Source: an uncultured Desulfobacterales bacterium (GTDB taxonomy: Bacteria > Desulfobacterota > Desulfobacteria > Desulfobacterales > JAHEIW01). Taken from it: DNA of 29,823 nucleotides. The stretch is taken from NCBI GenBank assembly GCA_964545505.1, contig CAZJHF010000004.1:1-29823 (forward strand), in the 5' to 3' direction. Below are positions 1 through 8,923 of this stretch, one piece after another. A program made the translations under genes and the position numbers. How positions within the stretch are numbered: position 1 is the first letter of the stretch; each line of letters starts with the position of its first letter. The notes beneath the pieces were generated by a model. The model was not told the DNA's origin, made no database searches, and worked only from the letters and a program-made list of their open reading frames with translations.

Positions 1-1
1 C

Positions 2-874
2 GAATTCCCGGAATTAAATCTGCTAAAACGCGGCAAGGTTCGAGATGTTTATGATCTGGACACGTATCTGTTGATGATTGCAACCGACCGTATATCTGCA
101 TTCGATGTCGTCATGCCGGATCCGGTTCCGGATAAAGGCACCATTTTAACCCAGATTTCATTGTTCTGGTTTGATGTCATGCAGCCGCTTGTTCAAAATC
201 ATGTTATTGCCAGCGATGTCGAGCAGTATCCATCCGTTTGCGGGCCGTATGCAGATGTTTTGCGGGGCCGCAGTATGCTGGTTAAAAAAGCCCAGCCGCT
301 GCCGATTGAATGCATTGTTCGTGGCTATATTTCAGGCTCGGGATGGAAAGAGTATTGTGAGACAGGAGCCGTTTGCGGGATATCATTACCACAGGGATTG
401 AAAGAATCTGAGCAATTGCCCGAGCCCATTTTCACACCATCCACCAAAGCGGATCTTGGTGAACATGATATCAATATCGACTTTGACGAAGCGGCACGTC
501 TGATCGGCCGGGACCCGGCTGAAAAAATCAGGGACCTTAGTTTGGCAGTTTACAAAAAGGGCGCCGATCTGGCCGATGAACGCGACATCATCATTGCAGA
601 CACTAAATTTGAATTTGGTCAAATTGATGATGATATTATTCTGATTGACGAAATTTTAACACCGGATTCTTCGCGGTTTTGGCCGAAGGAGAGCTATCGC
701 CCGGGGGGGGCTCAAAAAAGCTATGATAAACAATTTGTTCGTGATTATTTAAATACATTGGATTGGGACAAAAAAGCACCCGGACCCGCCCTGCCCGAAA
801 CTGTCGTTTCAAAAACGCGTCAAAAATATCTGGATGCGCTAACCCAGCTGACCGGCAACAGTTATGGGCTCTAA
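2..874 (+). CDS. purC: Phosphoribosylaminoimidazole-succinocarboxamide (SAICAR) synthase, 5'-partial (start lies upstream of the window)
   Basis: The frame is open from base 2 ([19 protein letters not shown]...), upstream of the ORF-track start at 71. It contains [37 protein letters not shown] and [12 protein letters not shown], all characteristic of PurC. Confidence 0.97.
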   Translation, partial: EFPELNLLKRGKVRDVYDLDTYLLMIATDRISAFDVVMPDPVPDKGTILTQISLFWFDVMQPLVQNHVIASDVEQYPSVCGPYADVLRGRSMLVKKAQPLPIECIVRGYISGSGWKEYCETGAVCGISLPQGLKESEQLPEPIFTPSTKADLGEHDINIDFDEAARLIGRDPAEKIRDLSLAVYKKGADLADERDIIIADTKFEFGQIDDDIILIDEILTPDSSRFWPKESYRPGGAQKSYDKQFVRDYLNTLDWDKKAPGPALPETVVSKTRQKYLDALTQLTGNSYGL

Positions 875-1874
875 ACCAGCTAATGGTCGCAAAAAAAGCA
901 AATCTATTGTGCCAGTTTCCGTAGCCCGTACGGATACGGTTTCACTGGCGGATATTGATACCCAGGATAGTACTTTTCGTATAACAACCCGCAGCCAGCT
1001 GGAAGATCTGCTGGACACGCTTCCGTCTTTTGGATTGCTGCATGAACCCGTATTGATCGAAAACACATCCGGTTACAGTGTTGTGTGCGGCTTTCGCCGG
1101 ATAGCCGCCTGCCGCCAGCTTCGGTGGAAATCGCTAAGCGCCAGAATCTTAACCGACGCCCAGGATCGTTTTCAAATAGCCCGGCTGGCCATTGCCGACA
1201 ACATTCTACAACGGCCGCTGAATTTGATCGAGACTTCCCGGGCTTTGAATCTGCTGATGGATACCAGCCAGGACCATCAACAGTTAAAAGAGGCGGCGCT
1301 GGTGCTGGGGTTGCCGGTCAATCCTGCTGTGGTTAAAAAACTTGAGCAGATCTGTCGACTTGAGATTCGCATTCAAGAAGGCATTCTTTCCGACACCATC
1401 AATTTGTCGATGGCCCTGGAACTTGGCAAAATGGATGCGCAGGATGCTGAAATGCTCGTAACGCTTTTCAACCGGCTTAAACTGGGGTTAAACAAGCAAA
1501 GGGAATTGCTCCTGTTCGTGACCGAGATTGCCAAACGCGAAGATATTTCCATCCGGCAATTAATTGCCGAACCACCGCTACAGGATATTCTGAAGAACAC
1601 GGATTTGGATCGTGCGACGCGACGCCAGCAAATAAGATCTATGTTGCGACAAAGAAGATATCCAGCCATCACCGAAGCCGAAGCGAATTATCAAAAGCAG
1701 GTCCGACAGCTCAAACTCGGCAAGCATATCCAGTTGCTTGCGCCCAGGGATTTTGAAGGCACCACTTATGCCCTGACACTGCATTTTAAAAATGAACAGG
1801 ACCTCGGTGATCTGAGTGCAAAGATTAATAAACTGCTCGAACATCCTGCCCTGGGAAAGATATTGAAGCACTAA
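864..1874 (+). CDS. ParB/Spo0J-like protein (ParB/Srx N-terminal domain plus HTH-like region), no adjacent parA
   Basis: GLLHEPV and [10 protein letters not shown] match the ParB GxxRxxA arginine patch, [13 protein letters not shown] resembles ENxxRxxLxxxE, and LVLGL...LEQICRL...[14 protein letters not shown] follows ParB HTH spacing. The ATG at 864 overlaps the purC stop; the exact start is uncertain. Confidence 0.8.
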   Translation: MGSKPANGRKKSKSIVPVSVARTDTVSLADIDTQDSTFRITTRSQLEDLLDTLPSFGLLHEPVLIENTSGYSVVCGFRRIAACRQLRWKSLSARILTDAQDRFQIARLAIADNILQRPLNLIETSRALNLLMDTSQDHQQLKEAALVLGLPVNPAVVKKLEQICRLEIRIQEGILSDTINLSMALELGKMDAQDAEMLVTLFNRLKLGLNKQRELLLFVTEIAKREDISIRQLIAEPPLQDILKNTDLDRATRRQQIRSMLRQRRYPAITEAEANYQKQVRQLKLGKHIQLLAPRDFEGTTYALTLHFKNEQDLGDLSAKINKLLEHPALGKILKH

Positions 1875-1879
1875 ACAGC

Positions 1880-2983
1880 ATGCGAATATCAAAACTCTTT
1901 ATCGACCGGCAGGTCGCCGATCACCCTTTGACCCAATCCATCCAAGCGCGTTTGGATGTGCCTACGATTATTGTTCAAGATGCACGACAGGTGCACGAGA
2001 TGGTCGCATCGACAGCGGATCCTGTCCAAAGCGGGAAAGAAATTTTGTATTTATCCCGCAATCAGGGCGCATTTTTTAGACGCTGTCCGGGAACACGCAA
2101 CTATACATGCTGTGATTATCGCATACTGCACATCGGCACCTTTTGCTATATGGATTGTGCCTATTGTATCCTGCAGACCTATTTTCATCCGCCTGTCTTA
2201 GAGTATTTCGTTAATCATGAAGATCTTATTGCCGAACTCAACACCGTATTGGCGCAGAAAAGCATATTTCGAATCGGAACTGGTGAGTTTACCGACAGTA
2301 TGATCTGGACGTTGTGGACCGATGTCGTAAGGTTACTGGTCGACCGCTTTGCCGCTCAGCAGCACGCTGTCCTCGAGCTCAAAACCAAAACGACGGCCGT
2401 CGATCAACTGCAGGATCTAAATCACAATCGTAAGACTATTGCGGCCTGGTCATTAAACACCTCCAGGATTATCCGTACCGAAGAGCGCGGCACCGCCGGC
2501 CTTGCCGCCAGAATAGACGCGGCTGCCCGATGTGAGAAATGGGGCTATCCGCTGGCCTTTCACTTTGACCCGCTCATTATTTACGATGGCTGTGAGCAGG
2601 AGTACTTCCAAGTTATCGAAAATCTTTTTTCACGTCTGTCGGCCCAAAATATGGTCTGGATCAGCCTGGGGACTCTGCGATTCCCGCCAGCAATAAAACC
2701 ATTAATTCAGAAACGCTTTCCGGATTCAAAAATTGTGTATGCTGAAATCATCAGAGGTCGTGATGGAAAAATGCGGTACTTTAAACCGCTGCGCATTGAT
2801 CTGTATCGCAAAATCATCGAATGCATCCGGAATCATGCGCCGGATATCGTCGTTTATCTGTGTATGGAAGATGATGAGGTCTGGCAAAAAACACTGGGTT
2901 TTAAGCCCGATGATGTCGGCGGCCTTGCGCATATGCTGGACATGAGTGCAGCCCGGCTGTGCAATCTTAAACTCGGCGGATAA
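1880..2983 (+). CDS. Spore photoproduct lyase (SplB)-like radical SAM protein
   Basis: CxxxCxxC motif C89-YMD-C93-AY-C96 is followed by ILQTY (SplB: CHYCYLQT). Also RIGTGEFTDS, LELKTKT, WSLN and FHFDPLI. It begins 5 nt after the ParB-like stop. Confidence 0.85.
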   Translation: MRISKLFIDRQVADHPLTQSIQARLDVPTIIVQDARQVHEMVASTADPVQSGKEILYLSRNQGAFFRRCPGTRNYTCCDYRILHIGTFCYMDCAYCILQTYFHPPVLEYFVNHEDLIAELNTVLAQKSIFRIGTGEFTDSMIWTLWTDVVRLLVDRFAAQQHAVLELKTKTTAVDQLQDLNHNRKTIAAWSLNTSRIIRTEERGTAGLAARIDAAARCEKWGYPLAFHFDPLIIYDGCEQEYFQVIENLFSRLSAQNMVWISLGTLRFPPAIKPLIQKRFPDSKIVYAEIIRGRDGKMRYFKPLRIDLYRKIIECIRNHAPDIVVYLCMEDDEVWQKTLGFKPDDVGGLAHMLDMSAARLCNLKLGG

Positions 2984-2995
2984 GTGGCTGAGCCA

Positions 2996-3054
2996 GGTTA
3001 CAGTGTTCAGGTGTCAGTCCTTTTGATCGACCCTGACACCTGACACCTGAAACC
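2996..3054. repeat. Palindromic element A: 7-bp tandem-repeat arms (AGGTGTC / GACACCT family), 15-nt spacer
   Basis: Left arm ggttacagtgttcaggtgtcag (2996-3017) and right arm ctgacacctgacacctgaaacc (3033-3054) are inverted repeats at 18/22 positions. Confidence 0.9.
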
Positions 3055-3082
3055 ATTTATATTAACCGGAAGTCAGCGGCCA

Positions 3083-3739
3083 GTGATGAATAAAATGAAG
3101 ACCTATAAACGACTGACATTAATTTGCCTGCTGGTTGTGCTGATGGGTACCGCCTGTTCAGCCGATACCGATTATCGGGTGAAATGGGTTGCAGACGGCG
3201 ACACAATTGTGCTGACTGAAGGGTCGAAGGTGCGCTACATCGGCATTAATGCGCCTGAACTGCCGCGTAAAGACCATGTTGGCGAACCTTACGCTGCTGA
3301 GGCCAAGCGGTTCAATGCCCGGTTGGTCAACCAAAAAAGTGTACGCCTCGAATTCGACATCGAACCCAACGACCGCTTTGAAAGACGCCTGGCCTATGTT
3401 TTTTTAAAAGACGGCACCTTCGTTAACGCTGAAATGCTCTCAAATGGCTACGCTTATTTGCTGTATGTGCGGCCAAATGTGAAGTATCAGGCCAAGTTGC
3501 TTGCTACGCAGCAGGCGGCGATGTCGGCCAAAAAGGGCATCTGGTCCAAATGGCGCGAGCCGAGTGCAACCTATATCGGCAACAAAAGATCACGCCGCTT
3601 CCATCTGGCCACTTGCTCATCGGGCAAACGCATCAAGCCCAAAAACCGTATCATCTTTAAGAGAAAATGGGATGCATACTGGGAAGGCTACGCACCGGCA
3701 AAACCGTGCATGCCGGTGTTTACAATACCGCAGGATTAA
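3083..3739 (+). CDS. Thermonuclease (SNase-like) family protein with N-terminal signal/anchor and C-terminal Ada-type metal-binding-like domain
   Basis: VADGDTI, VRYIGINAPE, DRFERRLAYV, VNAEMLSNGYA and AKKGIW are SNase motifs. Hydrophobic N-terminus LTLICLLVVLMGTAC. C-terminal GNKRSRRFHLATC...GYAPAKPC. The start may be ATG 3086 or 3095. Confidence 0.9.
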   Translation: MMNKMKTYKRLTLICLLVVLMGTACSADTDYRVKWVADGDTIVLTEGSKVRYIGINAPELPRKDHVGEPYAAEAKRFNARLVNQKSVRLEFDIEPNDRFERRLAYVFLKDGTFVNAEMLSNGYAYLLYVRPNVKYQAKLLATQQAAMSAKKGIWSKWREPSATYIGNKRSRRFHLATCSSGKRIKPKNRIIFKRKWDAYWEGYAPAKPCMPVFTIPQD

Positions 3740-3748
3740 TATCGCTAA

Positions 3749-3844
3749 AATAATGGAATACTGGGATGATGGCATCTGAGTCGATCAATAATACAATTCT
3801 GTTACCCAATATTCCAGAATTCCAACATTCCAATCTTCCATACT
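3749..3844. repeat. Palindromic element B: 8-bp tandem-repeat arms (AATNNTGG / CCANNATT), 33-nt spacer
   Basis: Left: aataatgg aatactgg gatgatgg (3749-3772). Right: ccaatatt ccagaatt ccaacatt ccaatctt ccatact (3806-3844). Lies between the convergent nuclease and fusA genes. Confidence 0.85.
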
Positions 3845-3913
3845 AAACAGCTAACCCAAAGCAATGTTTGCTTCAAATCTGCTGAAAGTCCCTAAAGTTT
3901 TGATTACATTTGA

Positions 3914-5986
3914 CTATTCTTGGTTCCGCTTGGTTTCTTCGATAATTTTATCGGCGCTCTGAGCCGGGACCTCATCATAGTGAGAAAATTCCATCGTAAA
4001 CATTCCCCGTCCCCCGGTCATCGAACGCAAATCTGAAGCATAACTTAAGAACTCCGCCATGGGCACCTGGGCATTAATCACCTGATTTTTACCGGCATTG
4101 TCCATACCCAGGACTTTGCCGCGGCGGCCATTGAGGTCGCCCATGATATCGCCCATAAAGTCTTCCGGTGTGATCACCTGCACTTTCATGATGGGCTCAA
4201 GCAGGGTCGGCGTGGCACTCTCGATGGCCTTTTTAAATGCCAGTGAACCGGCAATCTTAAATGCCATTTCGGACGAATCCACCTGGTGATAGGAACCATC
4301 ATCCAGGGTTACTTTGAAGTCTACCGTCGGGAAACCGGCCAGCACACCTTTTTGAGCGGACTCAACGATGCCCTTTTCCACAGCCGGTATATACGTTTTG
4401 GGGATCACGCCGCCGACAATAGCATCCACAAATTCGAAACCTCTGCCGCGGGGCAGGGGTTCTATTTGAATCCAGCAGTCACCGTACTGGCCATGACCGC
4501 CGGTTTGCTTTTTATGCTTGCCCTGCACCCTGGCTTTGCCTTTTATGGTTTCACGGTAGGGAACTTTGGGTGTATTCAGCTGCGCTTCAACGTTAAACTT
4601 TCGCTTAAGTTTGTCCAGCGTCGTTTCAATATGGATCTGTCCCAACCCCGAGAGCAGGATTTCTTTTGTTTCGGAAATGCGATCCAGTTTGAGAGAAGGA
4701 TCTTCTTCCAGAAGCTTGGTTAAGGAAATAAAAATCTTATCTTCATCCCCTTTGGATTTTGCGCTCATGGCAAAAGAGATCAGGCTGGGAAGCGGCTCTG
4801 CGCAGGCATATTGAACTTTTCCACTGCTATCGCATAATGTATCGCCGGTGGCGGTTTCCTTTAATTTGGCTACGGCAACAATGGCTCCCGGACCGGCCCC
4901 GGTTGCTGCTTTTTGTTCCTTGCCGGCAATGGAAAGGAGTTGCGTAAAGCGTTCTTTTGTGTCCTTATTCGGGTTGTAAAAGGTACCATCGCTTCCCAGT
5001 TTACCGGAGACAACCCGGAATATGGTCAACCGACCCGCATAGGGATCCGCCAGCGTTTTGATCACATATCCCGAAAAGGGCTCATTTTCATCCGGTGCCT
5101 TTTCGATTTCGGTGCCGCTGTCCGGATCAACAGCTTTTATTGATCCGCGATCGATTGGAGAGGGCATGCTTGTAACGATAAAATCCATTAACAGATCGAT
5201 GCCGATATTTTTGGTCGCTGATCCGCAGATTACCGGCACGAAAGTGTGTGACAGCGTTCCGTTGCGCAAAGCGGCGTTTAATTCTTCATCCGATAGTGCT
5301 TCACCTTCAAGATATTTTTCAATTAAACTATCGTCAGCCTCGGCAATATTTTCAACCAGGGCCTCTCTTTCACTTTCCACCAAATCCTGCATGTCAGCAG
5401 GTATGTCTTCCTTTTTGGCCTTGCCGTCGGCAGCATAAATAAATGCCTGATTGCGAATCAGGTCGACAACACCTTTAAACTCAGATTCCGAACCGATGGG
5501 CAATTGCAAGATGATGGGTTTAGGTTCGAAGCTGACTTTGGCATCTTCAAATGTGCGGTTGAAATCAGCCCGCTCGCGGTCCAAGCGGTTGATGAAAATG
5601 ACGCAGGGCAAATCAAATTCTTTGGCAAATTCCCATGCCAGCTCTGTTTGGACCTTGACCCCATCAACAGCGTCCACAACGACCACGATACCATCGGCAG
5701 CCTGCATGCAGCTTTTGGTATCTGAGAAAAAATTTTGATCACCCGGGGTATCAATCAGGTTGATGGTATGATTTTTCCAGCTGAATTGGTGAAAACCACT
5801 GCTGATACTCGACTGGCGTTTAAGCTCTTCGGGCTCAAAATCCAAGGTTGAATTACCGTCATCAACGCTGCCCAACCGATTAACAACACCGGAATCATAC
5901 AACAACGCTTCTGCGAGCGATGTTTTGCCGGCGCCCCCATGACCTATCAGTGCGATGTTTCTGATACGCTCCGCCTTTTCACTCAT
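3914..5986 (-). CDS. fusA: Elongation factor G, divergent paralog (EF-G2/FusA2 type)
   Basis: GHGGAGKT (G1), DTPG (G3), NRLD (G4 variant), GSA (G5), domain IV KKQTGGHGQYG and GSYHQVDSSEMAFK, and SMTGGRG. 690 aa, outside an rpsL-rpsG-fusA-tuf context. Confidence 0.93.
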   Translation of the reverse strand: MSEKAERIRNIALIGHGGAGKTSLAEALLYDSGVVNRLGSVDDGNSTLDFEPEELKRQSSISSGFHQFSWKNHTINLIDTPGDQNFFSDTKSCMQAADGIVVVVDAVDGVKVQTELAWEFAKEFDLPCVIFINRLDRERADFNRTFEDAKVSFEPKPIILQLPIGSESEFKGVVDLIRNQAFIYAADGKAKKEDIPADMQDLVESEREALVENIAEADDSLIEKYLEGEALSDEELNAALRNGTLSHTFVPVICGSATKNIGIDLLMDFIVTSMPSPIDRGSIKAVDPDSGTEIEKAPDENEPFSGYVIKTLADPYAGRLTIFRVVSGKLGSDGTFYNPNKDTKERFTQLLSIAGKEQKAATGAGPGAIVAVAKLKETATGDTLCDSSGKVQYACAEPLPSLISFAMSAKSKGDEDKIFISLTKLLEEDPSLKLDRISETKEILLSGLGQIHIETTLDKLKRKFNVEAQLNTPKVPYRETIKGKARVQGKHKKQTGGHGQYGDCWIQIEPLPRGRGFEFVDAIVGGVIPKTYIPAVEKGIVESAQKGVLAGFPTVDFKVTLDDGSYHQVDSSEMAFKIAGSLAFKKAIESATPTLLEPIMKVQVITPEDFMGDIMGDLNGRRGKVLGMDNAGKNQVINAQVPMAEFLSYASDLRSMTGGRGMFTMEFSHYDEVPAQSADKIIEETKRNQE

Positions 5987-6132
5987 TATGGTACCTCTTT
6001 GTGTTGGTTTGTGACGAATAAATTTTTAAACGTGATTCAGTATCTTTTATCTTCGAAAAAATCAAGTCCAAAATAATCTGCAGTTCAATCTGAAATCAGA
6101 TCGCGCTCGACAAAACCGTCGGCCGGCGACGA

Positions 6133-6918
6133 TTACCCATCGCCGGGTTTATCAGAAAAATTTGATTCAGATAGATTGCTTTCCGGCCGCAGGAGCATAA
6201 AAAACTCACGATTGCCTTTTGGCCCGGCTACAGGGGAAGGATACACGGATTCGGGCTTAAGGTGCCGGCTGCGGAAATAATCTGCTAAATTTTGGATAAC
6301 CTGTTCATGCTGCTGCGGATCACGCACCACGCCACCTTTGCCAACCTGACCTTTACCGACTTCAAACTGCGGTTTGATCAAAGCCATGATCGAGGCATTG
6401 GGTTTCATAAACTGAATGACAGCCGGGACGATCATTTTCAGTGAAATGAAAGCGACATCAATGGTAATCAAATCGACGTGTTCCGGCAGAGCGTCTGCTT
6501 TCAGGTAGCGAGCATTGGTCCGCTCCATGACGATCACGCACGGGTTCTGGCGAATTTTCCAGGCCAGTTGCCCGTAACCGACATCTACAGCGTAAACCCG
6601 ATGGGCTCCATGCTGCAGAAGGCAATCGGTAAATCCGCCGGTGGATGCGCCTACATCCATGCATATGGCCGCGGTCACATCAACGGAAAAATGTTGCAAA
6701 GCGGCTGCAAGCTTAAGCCCGCCTCTGCTGACATACGCGATATCGCCACCTTTACATTCAATAGTATCCGAGGACGAAACTGAAAACCCGGGCTTATCCA
6801 CCCGTTGACCGTTGACAAAAACCTTTCCGGCCATAATCGTAGCCCGGGCGCGCTGACGACTGGCAAACCATCCCTTTTCAATAAGCATTAAGTCCAATCG
6901 GTGTTTTTTGGCAGACAC
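6133..6918 (-). CDS. tlyA: TlyA family rRNA 2'-O-methyltransferase (S4 domain plus FtsJ-like MTase)
   Basis: RLDLMLIEKG S4 start, YVSRGGLKL, DVGASTGGFTDCLLQHGA, VDVGYGQL, LIKPQFEVG and GPKGNREF. GTG start. Confidence 0.95.
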   Translation of the reverse strand: MSAKKHRLDLMLIEKGWFASRQRARATIMAGKVFVNGQRVDKPGFSVSSSDTIECKGGDIAYVSRGGLKLAAALQHFSVDVTAAICMDVGASTGGFTDCLLQHGAHRVYAVDVGYGQLAWKIRQNPCVIVMERTNARYLKADALPEHVDLITIDVAFISLKMIVPAVIQFMKPNASIMALIKPQFEVGKGQVGKGGVVRDPQQHEQVIQNLADYFRSRHLKPESVYPSPVAGPKGNREFFMLLRPESNLSESNFSDKPGDG

Positions 6919-6975
6919 AAGATCCTGATGGGAATTGCAATGAAAGCTGAAAACCTGTGTTTTGCATGCAGTTGC

Positions 6976-8898
6976 TTAAACGACCTGACGATTCGGCCAC
7001 CGGGTGTTCGAACTGGCAGCTGAGGCCAGCAACTGCTTGGTGCATTGGACAATGGCTTTGGCGTCCACACCGTATTTTGACCGCAAAACCGCCTGCGGAC
7101 CATGTTCGACGAATTTATCCGCAATGCCGATGCGTTCAAGCTGGAAACCGGTGACACCGGCGTCATAGAGCGCTTCTAAGACCGCACTGCCGAATCCGCC
7201 CTGCCGAATATTTTCCTCGACGGTAATGATGCGGGGGATCTTTTTGGCCCAATCGCTGATTAAATCGATGTCCAGGGGCTTTACAAATCGGCAGTTGATG
7301 ATTGTCGCTGATATGCCTTCCTGGGTCAACTCGGAATAGGCATCCAGGGCCTCACAAACGGATTGGCCAATGGCCAGGATCAGCACATCTTCACCTTCTT
7401 TGAGAATCTCGCCTTTTCCGATCTCCAGGGGCCGAATGGGGTTCTCGAGAATTACCCCGACACCGGATCCCCGGGGATACCGCAATGCTGTCGGCCCATC
7501 ATGTTCAAGGGCAGTTAGCAGCATCCGGCGCAGTTCGTTTTCGTCCTTCGGTGCCATGACCACCATGTTGGGTAAATTTCGCAAATAACATAAATCAAAA
7601 AGGCCATGATGGGTGGGCCCGTCTTCACCCACGATGCCACCGCGATCGAGGGCGAATACAACCGGCAGCGATTCAAGACAGACATCGTGCACAATCTGGT
7701 CGTAGGCGCGCTGTAAAAAAGTAGAGTAAATGGCCACCACCGGCTTGAGTCCCTCTGTGGCCAGGCCTGCGGCAAAAGTAACCCCATGTTGCTCGGCAAT
7801 TCCAACATCAAAGAATCTTTCCGGAAATCGTTTTGAAAATTGCCCTAAACCGGTACCCTCGGGCATCGCTGCTGTAACGGCGTTGATTTTTTCATCCGTC
7901 TCGGCCAGCTGAAGCATGGCATCGCCAAAAACCTGGGTATAGGACGGGTGCTGGCTGGCGATATCCAGGCAGTCGCCGGTTTCAACCTCAAAGCGGGTGC
8001 ACCCGTGAAAGTATACCGGATTTTCTTCAGCCGGCGGATATCCTTTGCCTTTCTGGGTGGAAACATGCAAGAGCACGGGCTCTTTGAGGACCTTAATATT
8101 GTTTAGAATATCAATCAAATGGTTTAATTTGTGCCCGTTAATGGGTCCGAAATATTCAAAATTAAACGCTTCAAACAGCATTCCGGGCGTCACGAATGCT
8201 TTCAGACTGTCTTCAGTTTTTTTGGCAACCTTATAAATGTCGTCACCAAATTTGGGCAGGGATTTCAAAAATTCTCCAAGTTCTTTGCGAAGCTCACGCA
8301 CTTTTTTACCGGAAAACTTGCGGCTCAAAAAAGAGGATAGGGCACCGACATTAGGCGAAATTGACATTTCATTGTCATTGAGGATGACCAGGAGGTTTTT
8401 GTCTTTGAGCGTGTCTCCGGCCTGATTGAGGCCCTCAAAGGCGATGCCGGCGGTCATCGATCCATCACCGATCACGGCAATCACCTTGGCATCTTCGTGC
8501 TTTAAATCCTTGGCACAGGCGATACCCAGGCTGGCGGATATCGATGTGCTGCTGTGGCCGGTGCTGAACGCATCGTATGCGCTTTCGCTACGGCGGGTAA
8601 ATCCGGATATACCCTCCAACTGTCGCAACGTATTGAATTGATCCCGTCGGCCAGTCAGCAATTTGTGCGCATAGGCCTGATGACCGACATCCCAGATGAC
8701 TTTTTCCCGCGGGGTATCAAACACATAATGAATCGCAATTGCCAGTTCGACGGCTCCCAGGCTGGGGGCCAGATGACCGCCAGTTTTCGAAACGACTTCA
8801 ACAATGGCTATTCGAATCTCTTCTGCGAGTACCGGAAGCTCGTCGCGGGACAGTTTCTTTAAATCCGCCGGTGAATTGATCTGTTCTAAGAGGCTCAA
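6976..8898 (-). CDS. dxs: 1-deoxy-D-xylulose-5-phosphate synthase
   Basis: [36 protein letters not shown]...NDNEMSI and DVGIAEQH. The true start is most likely TTG at 8898 ([10 protein letters not shown]), with GGAG 9 nt upstream; the ORF-track extension to 9099 runs inside ispA. Confidence 0.96.
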   Translation of the reverse strand: MSLLEQINSPADLKKLSRDELPVLAEEIRIAIVEVVSKTGGHLAPSLGAVELAIAIHYVFDTPREKVIWDVGHQAYAHKLLTGRRDQFNTLRQLEGISGFTRRSESAYDAFSTGHSSTSISASLGIACAKDLKHEDAKVIAVIGDGSMTAGIAFEGLNQAGDTLKDKNLLVILNDNEMSISPNVGALSSFLSRKFSGKKVRELRKELGEFLKSLPKFGDDIYKVAKKTEDSLKAFVTPGMLFEAFNFEYFGPINGHKLNHLIDILNNIKVLKEPVLLHVSTQKGKGYPPAEENPVYFHGCTRFEVETGDCLDIASQHPSYTQVFGDAMLQLAETDEKINAVTAAMPEGTGLGQFSKRFPERFFDVGIAEQHGVTFAAGLATEGLKPVVAIYSTFLQRAYDQIVHDVCLESLPVVFALDRGGIVGEDGPTHHGLFDLCYLRNLPNMVVMAPKDENELRRMLLTALEHDGPTALRYPRGSGVGVILENPIRPLEIGKGEILKEGEDVLILAIGQSVCEALDAYSELTQEGISATIINCRFVKPLDIDLISDWAKKIPRIITVEENIRQGGFGSAVLEALYDAGVTGFQLERIGIADKFVEHGPQAVLRSKYGVDAKAIVQCTKQLLASAASSNTRWPNRQVV

Positions 8899-8923
8899 TG
8901 AATTTTTCTCCAATTTTGTGCGA

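Noticed and set aside
703-710. G8 run in purC, and C8 run at 14219-14226
   Set aside because: Both are short for contingency loci. purC is in frame and housekeeping, and no promoter spacing clearly depends on the C8 run.
864-3739. ParB-like, SPL-like and thermonuclease genes as a single three-gene DNA system
   Set aside because: The nuclease has an export signal or membrane anchor and is separated by palindrome A, so it is probably in a different compartment. Only the first two are treated as a module.
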